NCBI GenBank assembly: GCA_963753165.1
Contig: CAVWBP010000002.1
Span: 272,301 to 336,300 of the forward strand
From: Thermodesulfovibrionales bacterium
GTDB lineage: Bacteria; Nitrospirota; Thermodesulfovibrionia; Thermodesulfovibrionales; SM23-35
Direction: 5' to 3'
DNA: 64,000 nt
A program made the position numbers and the translations under genes. How positions within the stretch are numbered: position 1 is the stretch's first letter; every line of letters starts with the position of its first letter. This document shows, in pieces, positions 57,873 to 64,000 of the stretch. The notes beneath the pieces are model-generated. The model worked only from the letters and a program-made list of their open reading frames with translations, made no database searches and was not told the origin of the DNA.

Positions 57873-59777
57873 TCACTCCCGCCCTTTCGGAATAGATTCC
57901 AGCAGCTCCCAGCGCTCATATGCCGCGGGGATCTCTTTGTCGAGTTCCGCCATCCTGGCCGTAACTGCGGGGATACTGCTTCCGTCCTTCCGGTAGAAAT
58001 CGGGGTCCGCAAGGGTCTCATAAAGGCCCGCCCGCTCCGCTTCCATGGACTCGATGATCGCAGGCAGCGCTTCGATTTCCTTTTTTTCCCTGAATGTCAG
58101 GGTGCGCAGACGCTCCTGCTGAGGCCGGGATTTTCCGGGCTTCTCCTTCTTTTTTGTCTTCTCTGTCTCTCCCGGGGAGGAGAGCCTGCGCTGTCGCAGC
58201 CAATCGTCATAGCCTCCCACATATTCTGCGAGCCTTCCCTCGCCTTCAAACACTATTGTGCTGGTGACGATGTTATTCAGAAACTCCCTGTCGTGGCTCA
58301 CCAGGAGAACGGTGCCCTGGTATTCCATCAGCATCTCTTCCAGGAGCTCCAGGGTATCGGCATCTAAATCGTTCGTCGGTTCGTCCAGTACCAGCACATT
58401 CGAAGGTTTTGTAAAGAGCTTTGCCAAAAGTGCGCGGTTTCTCTCTCCGCCGGAAAGGACCTTTACCGGCGACCGCGATCTTTCAGGAGAAAACAGAAAG
58501 TCCTCAAGGTAGCCGATTATATGTCTCGTCTTTCCGTTGACCGTCACGTTGTCGTATCCGTCTCCAACGTTGTCCCTGAGCGATTCTTCGTCGTCCAGCT
58601 GCGCGCGGTGCTGGTCGAAATAGGCGACTTCGAAGCGGGTACCCATGCGCACAGAACCGCGAAGGGGCTTGATCGAGCCGAGCAAGATATTGAGCAGGGT
58701 CGTTTTCCCCGAGCCGTTAGGGCCTATGATGCCAATCTTGTCGCCTCTCCTGATGACCGTGGAGAAATCGCGGATCACAGGACTGCCCTCATAGCTATGC
58801 CCTATTCCTTTGACCTCAAGAACCAGCCTGCCCGATTTTTTTGCCTCGTTCAGTTGCATCTCGGCAGACCCTGTTTGTTCACGCCTTGATAGCCGTTCCT
58901 TTCTCAACTCTTTTAACGCCCTCACCCTTCCTTCGTTGCGGGTGCGGCGGGCCCTGATCCCCTGCCGTATCCAGGCCTCCTCCTGCGCGAGTTTCTTGTC
59001 GAAGAGTGAGTTATGAACGGCCTCTGCATCGAGTTCGGCCTGCCTTCTCGCCAGGTAGGTTTTGTAATCTCCGGGCCAGTCGGTGACCTTCCCCCGGTCG
59101 AGTTCTATTATGCGCGTTGCGAGGGTCTGGAGAAACCTCCGGTCGTGGGTTATGAAGAGTATGGCGCCCCGGAATTCGAGGAGAAATTCTTCAAGCCAGC
59201 CGATCGATTCGATGTCGAGATGGTTCGTGGGCTCATCGAGAAGCAGGAGGTCCGGCTGGTTCACGAGCGCCCTCGCAAGAAGGACCCTTCTTTTGTAGCC
59301 GCCGGAGAGCCCGTCCGCAGCTGCATCCGGGTCCAGCCCGAGGCGGGAAAGGACCGTCTCGACCCGCTGTTGTATCTGCCAGCCGCCTGAGGACTCGATA
59401 AGATGCTGTACCCGTTCGAGGTCCGTGATAATGCCGGGATTATCGCCCAGGGCGAGGCTGTGGACCAGGGAGCGATATTCGGAGAGCAGTTCGACGATGT
59501 CGCCGAGTCCTTCAGAGACGACGTCGAAGACCGTTCCGGTCAGGTCCCGGGGCACTTCCTGTTCGAGGGATGCGACCCGCGAGCCTCCCTCTCTTATGAT
59601 CTCGCCTGAGTCAGGGGTGAGTTCGCCGGCCATGATCTTTATAATGGTGGATTTGCCCACCCCGTTTCTGCCGACAAGGCAGACCCGTTCCCCCCGCTCG
59701 ATCTGGAGGGTAACCCCGTCGAGAAGCTCGGGGCCGCCGAAGGCGATCCTCACCTCTTGCAGACTCACTAATGCCAC
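57873..59777 (-). CDS. uup: ABC-F family ATPase Uup
   Basis: Two ABC domains (GRNGVGKST; GPNGSGKTT; LSGG; DEPTN), linker RRTRNEGRVRAL, C-terminal coiled coil ending YERWELLE. Confidence 0.93.
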   Translation of the reverse strand: MALVSLQEVRIAFGGPELLDGVTLQIERGERVCLVGRNGVGKSTIIKIMAGELTPDSGEIIREGGSRVASLEQEVPRDLTGTVFDVVSEGLGDIVELLSEYRSLVHSLALGDNPGIITDLERVQHLIESSGGWQIQQRVETVLSRLGLDPDAAADGLSGGYKRRVLLARALVNQPDLLLLDEPTNHLDIESIGWLEEFLLEFRGAILFITHDRRFLQTLATRIIELDRGKVTDWPGDYKTYLARRQAELDAEAVHNSLFDKKLAQEEAWIRQGIRARRTRNEGRVRALKELRKERLSRREQTGSAEMQLNEAKKSGRLVLEVKGIGHSYEGSPVIRDFSTVIRRGDKIGIIGPNGSGKTTLLNILLGSIKPLRGSVRMGTRFEVAYFDQHRAQLDDEESLRDNVGDGYDNVTVNGKTRHIIGYLEDFLFSPERSRSPVKVLSGGERNRALLAKLFTKPSNVLVLDEPTNDLDADTLELLEEMLMEYQGTVLLVSHDREFLNNIVTSTIVFEGEGRLAEYVGGYDDWLRQRRLSSPGETEKTKKKEKPGKSRPQQERLRTLTFREKKEIEALPAIIESMEAERAGLYETLADPDFYRKDGSSIPAVTARMAELDKEIPAAYERWELLESIPKGRE

Positions 59778-59844
59778 GTTTTTAGCTTAACATTCAGTGG
59801 AATTAAATTCTCACTGCCTGTTGTTGAGGTGGGCAGTTGTTATT

Positions 59845-60561
59845 TTACCGATTACGCCGCTCTTCTTTTAACTCATTTATCCAAATTTTCAAAGCTTTCC
59901 TTGCTTCCTTATCCACAAATGAGAAAATGCGTTGAGCGGTGTTGTGGAAACGGGATTTGGAATGTCCGGCCACCTTCACCACATGAAAGCCGAATTCGTC
60001 GTGCAATTCGTAAAATGCGCGATAGAGAGAAGTGTTTCCTAACTGCCGGTTTGTCTTTTTCGAAAGGAATCCTCCTGCCAGCAAGCGGGATTTCCTCTTA
60101 AGAAGGCCTGAAACGCACTGAGAATCGGAATATATTGTCAGGCTTCCATATGGTTCCTGCCGATTCTCTGTGAGCGCCCATAAAACGGTCTGAAGTTCGA
60201 GCCTTGTCGATGAAGTGCCTTCGAATCTCTGCACCTTTAACCGTTCGGTTATCTTGTCTCTTCCAATAACTCCGGAAGAGGCCTCCAGAAATGAAGAAGG
60301 GACCATGACATAAGCGCCCACACCGAGCTTGTGCACAGGACTGACACTCCCATCGATGAAAAGGGCAAAATCCTTTGTGAGTGCTTTCACGACATCAAAC
60401 TCCTGAGCAATACTACGGTATGCATTCTCTATCTTACCTCGGGCCGGCATCGACTTTACAGCAGAGTTGCAGAATGTAGTCGATATACAACAGAAGAATT
60501 TGTTGCCGAATAGAGGGAAACAAATCAACAAAATAGAGGTTGAATGATAAAATATATTCAA
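59845..60561 (-). CDS. RNase H-like protein (second; true start probably downstream of 60561)
   Basis: LFIDGS, STRLELQ, YSDSQ, KVAGHS, VDK.AR reproduce the DEDD set. Confidence 0.75.
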   Translation of the reverse strand: MNIFYHSTSILLICFPLFGNKFFCCISTTFCNSAVKSMPARGKIENAYRSIAQEFDVVKALTKDFALFIDGSVSPVHKLGVGAYVMVPSSFLEASSGVIGRDKITERLKVQRFEGTSSTRLELQTVLWALTENRQEPYGSLTIYSDSQCVSGLLKRKSRLLAGGFLSKKTNRQLGNTSLYRAFYELHDEFGFHVVKVAGHSKSRFHNTAQRIFSFVDKEARKALKIWINELKEERRNR

Positions 60562-60655
60562 TGAAGGAGATTTGTTTTAAAACAGATAAAAACAACAGCC
60601 GGCAACAGTTCCGGCTTTTTGAGCAGTACTTTTTAAGGGAGATGAGGCCTAACGG

Positions 60656-61078
60656 GTGAGCAGGGACAAGAACAGCAAAAGTGTGCCGGGCGGCAACCAT
60701 GTTGCGCACGAGCATGATGAAGAGAGAGAAAGAATTCTTTCTGTCGCGCTCAGGAATATGGTAATGATCAACGGGAAGGTGTACGGATTGGAGGACGACT
60801 CTGAGCCGGATGCCTTTGTGGACTGCGCGTCGAAACTCTCATCGTGCAGGGCCGGTTGCTGCTCCCTGGTGTTTGCCCTGACGCAGGAAGAAGTTAAAAA
60901 GGGTTTTTACCGATACAATCCCGACCGGCCTTATTATATGGCAAGGGATGCGGACGGGTTTTGCCCGTATCTTGACCGCGCCACCTTTTTCTGCAGTATC
61001 CACGACAGACGCCCCCTGCGCTGCAGGAAATATACCTGCGAGCATGGCGTCCACAGGCTTCCAGAAAGAAAGGATTGA
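60656..61078 (+). CDS. YkgJ/UPF0153 cysteine-cluster protein
   Basis: C..C.AGCC, DGFCPYLD...CSIH..RP..CR.Y.C. Confidence 0.82.
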   Translation: MSRDKNSKSVPGGNHVAHEHDEERERILSVALRNMVMINGKVYGLEDDSEPDAFVDCASKLSSCRAGCCSLVFALTQEEVKKGFYRYNPDRPYYMARDADGFCPYLDRATFFCSIHDRRPLRCRKYTCEHGVHRLPERKD

Positions 61079-61147
61079 GTCCGCTGCGAACAGAAGGAAG
61101 AACGAATTTGCGAAACAAGGTCAGAAGTTGAGGTTTTCAAGGGAGAG

Positions 61148-61882
61148 TTAAAGGACGTTTCTTTCGAGCTCAAAGAATATCTGGAATCTGTTCGGGCGTT
61201 TCTTTGAGACTAAATAGGCAACGATCGTATCCCCCGAATAGAACTCCTGAGTGAGGAGCAGCACAGGAAACCCATTTGCCCCGATGATTCCGCTTTGTTC
61301 CTGGGTAAGATGGGTGATGTCGATATAATTCCTGACCTTGGTGACTCTTATCCCGTATTTCTTCTCGAAGAGATCAAAGAGAGACCGGTGCTCGATGTCG
61401 TCCTCTAACAGGAGGGGGCAGACATGATAGGGGACATAGATTTCCTGAAGAATTACGGCTTCCTCGCGGACTTTCCAGAGTTTCTTGATGTAAATAAGAT
61501 GTTTGTCGGGGGTAATGTCGAGCTTCACGTCAAGGCCGTCGACAGGCATCATGACTGTCCTGACAAGGACCTCGGATGTGGGTTCCTCATCATAGTCAAG
61601 GAGCAGTTCTTTCATGCTCGCATGCATGGGGAACCCTTCAGCGAAAGTGTTCCTTTTAATGAAAGTCCCTTTTCCCTGCTGCCGTTTTAAGTATCCCTGC
61701 CTGGTGAGTTCAAGAACAGCCGTTCTGACAGTTGCCCTGCTGACATTGAAAATCTTGCAGAGCTCTCCTTCGGTCGGAATCTGGGAACCTACCTGCCATT
61801 CATTGGTCTCGATCTTTTTCTTGATTATTTCGTAGACCTGGAGATAAAGTTTCTGATGATCTTCTCTGTCAATTAATTCCAT
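61148..61882 (-). CDS. GntR family regulator (HutC subfamily, UTRA domain)
   Basis: LYLQVYE, IPTE.EL...FNVSRATVR.A..EL...G.L.RQQGKGTF, SLF..FE..YG. Confidence 0.93.
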   Translation of the reverse strand: MELIDREDHQKLYLQVYEIIKKKIETNEWQVGSQIPTEGELCKIFNVSRATVRTAVLELTRQGYLKRQQGKGTFIKRNTFAEGFPMHASMKELLLDYDEEPTSEVLVRTVMMPVDGLDVKLDITPDKHLIYIKKLWKVREEAVILQEIYVPYHVCPLLLEDDIEHRSLFDLFEKKYGIRVTKVRNYIDITHLTQEQSGIIGANGFPVLLLTQEFYSGDTIVAYLVSKKRPNRFQIFFELERNVL

Positions 61883-62268
61883 GGTATTTCAATAAAAAAC
61901 TTAAGTCCTCGTTTTTCTCTGATTATGACTGATCAGGACATAATGCCCTGCCGGATCCCCCGGTATTAACCCTGCTTCATTCCGGTTGATGCTTCCCCTC
62001 TGAGGGTGAAAGTCAGGAGTTTCCAAAAAAATAATAAAGTTATTACAAACCATTAAATATAATAATGATATGCTTTTATCTTGTCAATTGAATTCTTGTT
62101 ATAAAGTTTTATAGGACATTATTAGGAATAAATATCTTTCAACTAATTGATATTAAATGGTTTATTGAATTATCAGGTGTTATTTGGAATAAGCGCAGGG
62201 TATTTCTGTTCATCTTTAATATTCAGAAATATTCAAAAAGAAAAACATTGCATAAAAAGCAGATGATG

Positions 62269-62302
62269 ATGTTATAATAATTCGGTTTTATTCTTATAAC
62301 AT
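62269..62302. promoter_or_regulatory. Inverted repeat ATGTTATAA-N16-TTATAACAT; candidate operator upstream of sulP
   Basis: Perfect 9-bp arms in the AT-rich gntR/sulP divergent region. Confidence 0.45.
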
Positions 62303-62378
62303 TATTTCATTTAAATTTATTTCGCCATTTTTTTGAATTTGCACTAGTATATATTGAACTTATAAAGGAGAGAAGATC

Positions 62379-64000
62379 ATGTTGCAACGCGTGTTCCCTT
62401 TTCTGGAATGGCTGAAAGGCTACAGATTCGACAAATTAAAGGCTGACGGAATAGCTGGGTTGACTGTTGCGTTGGTCCTTATCCCTCAATCCATGGCGTA
62501 TGCCCAATTGGCGGGATTGCCATCCTATTATGGATTGTATGCAGCATTCCTCCCTCCCATGGTGGCTGCGTTATTCGGTTCCAGCCGGCAGCTTGCAACA
62601 GGTCCGGTGGCAGTCGTTTCGCTCATGACCTCGGCGTCTCTGAGCCCGCTTGCCACGCAGGGAAGCGAGAGCTATATCGGATACGCGATTCTGCTCGCCT
62701 TGATTGTGGGACTTTTTCAGTTTCTTTTAGGTGTCCTGAGGCTTGGCCTGGTCGTCAATTTCCTCTCCCACCCGGTTGTGAATGGCTTTACGAACGCTGC
62801 CGCCCTGATTATTGCCACCTCTCAATTGTCGAAGATGTTCGGAGTGACTGTTGATAATGCAGAACATCATTATGAGACGATCACGCGGGTTGTTCAGGCG
62901 GCAATACATTATACACACTGGCCTACGCTGATTATGGGCATCGGTGCGTTCGCGATAATGTTCATATTAAAAAAGATTTCTCCCAAAATCCCCAATGTCC
63001 TTGTCGCGGTTGCGATCACCACGGTTATTGCATGGGCGATAGGATTCGAACACAATGCCACGGTTGATATCGCAAGAATCGGGTCTCCAAAAGCAAAAGA
63101 ACTTATCGCAGACTTTAATAGATCTCAGGAAGAAATTTCAGCGCTCTCCAAACAACGGACGGAGATTACCAATCAGCTCGAAACACTCAAGGAGAGCAAG
63201 GACAAGATACCGTTCCTCAATATGAAATTGAATGAAGAAGTGATCAATACCCAAATGGAAGAGCTGAAAGAAAAAAATGGATCTCAGAGGAGCGAGATAC
63301 GGGACCTGCTTTTCTCGGGGGTAAAACAGCCCGACGGCTCCCTGACTTTTTATCTGAAGCCTGAAGTGCCCCAGGGTGCGGTTACGGACGACAGAGTATG
63401 GCGCATCAGGGCCGGGAACAAACCGATAGAGGAGAGTTCCGTACAGATGAAAGGCGGCGGCGCGGTGGTCGGGAAAATCCCTGAAGGACTTCCCTCCTTT
63501 ACGATCCCGGCCATAACGGTAAAAAGTATTTTCCAACTCCTGCCGTATGCGATAATTATTTCCCTGCTGGGGTTTATGGAAGCGATCTCGATTGCAAAAG
63601 CCCTTGCCGGAAAAACAGGGCAGCGGCTGGACCCTAACCAGGAATTGATAGGCCAGGGGCTCTCAAATATTCTGGGTTCTGTCGGAAAAAGCTACCCGGT
63701 TTCCGGTTCTTTTTCCCGTTCGGCAGTCAATTTTCAGGCAGGGGGACTCACCGGGCTTTCGAGTGTGTTTACAAGCCTTACGGTAGTGATTGTGCTGTTG
63801 TTTTTTACCCCGCTGCTCTATCATCTCCCGCAGTCAGTGTTGGCGGCAGTCATCATGATGGCGGTTATCGGCCTCCTGAACGTCTCGGGCTTCATCCATG
63901 CCTGGAAGGCGCAGAAGTACGACGGGATAATCTCCGTTATATCGTTTGTCGCCACCTTAGCCTTTGCTCCTCACCTTGACAAGGGCATTATGATTGGCGT
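62379..64000 (+). CDS. sulP: SulP/SLC26 anion permease, partial (runs off window end; absent from ORF track)
   Basis: Manual translation: D..AGLTVALVLIPQSMAYA.LAGLP..YGLY, GSSRQL.TGP, NQELIGQG.SN, SGSFSRSAVN; RBS AAGGAG. Confidence 0.93.
   Translation, partial: MLQRVFPFLEWLKGYRFDKLKADGIAGLTVALVLIPQSMAYAQLAGLPSYYGLYAAFLPPMVAALFGSSRQLATGPVAVVSLMTSASLSPLATQGSESYIGYAILLALIVGLFQFLLGVLRLGLVVNFLSHPVVNGFTNAAALIIATSQLSKMFGVTVDNAEHHYETITRVVQAAIHYTHWPTLIMGIGAFAIMFILKKISPKIPNVLVAVAITTVIAWAIGFEHNATVDIARIGSPKAKELIADFNRSQEEISALSKQRTEITNQLETLKESKDKIPFLNMKLNEEVINTQMEELKEKNGSQRSEIRDLLFSGVKQPDGSLTFYLKPEVPQGAVTDDRVWRIRAGNKPIEESSVQMKGGGAVVGKIPEGLPSFTIPAITVKSIFQLLPYAIIISLLGFMEAISIAKALAGKTGQRLDPNQELIGQGLSNILGSVGKSYPVSGSFSRSAVNFQAGGLTGLSSVFTSLTVVIVLLFFTPLLYHLPQSVLAAVIMMAVIGLLNVSGFIHAWKAQKYDGIISVISFVATLAFAPHLDKGIMIG

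Overview
Bacterial chromosomal window with mostly housekeeping genes. Gene content and order suggest a Nitrospirota/deltaproteobacteria-like anaerobe (inference only). Contents in order: (1) a surface-glycan locus (wbaP ... wzm-wzt-GT2) enclosing a partial type II secretion gene set (gspE,F,H,I,J,K,L,M,C-like; no gspD/gspG here) and an inverted sigma54 response regulator; (2) rnhA-yqgE-rplM-rpsI-argC-argJ, DUF362, nadB, ntrYX-like, hisI, rubredoxin, ppx, oxidoreductase beta/gamma subunits, rpsF-ssb-rpsR-DUF507x2-diguanylate cyclase; (3) a decayed accessory patch (33.3-36.5 kb) with an IS fragment, a REP-flanked RAYT-type Y1 transposase, an Mrr fragment, TA modules and attC-like sites; (4) csp-hypothetical-infC, CIRCE-hrcA-grpE-dnaK-dnaJ-rsmE, RRM-rpsU; (5) a nitrogen island (stand-alone HTH, porin, amt, P-II, amt, glnA) with two sigma54-like promoters and a shared palindromic enhancer-like motif; (6) a small defence-like patch (DUF2075 helicase-S24 fusion and a toxin-antitoxin-SecB module bracketed by 65-bp direct repeats); (7) uup, a second RNase H-like gene, GntR and a partial SulP. 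Best novelty candidates: a ~166-nt dispersed element (3 copies) with ~30-bp terminal inverted repeats and a covarying internal hairpin with an invariant loop; a TAC module whose antitoxin carries its extension at the N-terminus; and a stand-alone NifA-type HTH heading the nitrogen operon. Several single-base frameshifts, some in homopolymers, may be sequencing errors. No rRNA, tRNA or CRISPR array was recognised. All family calls come from motif recognition by eye, not database searches.
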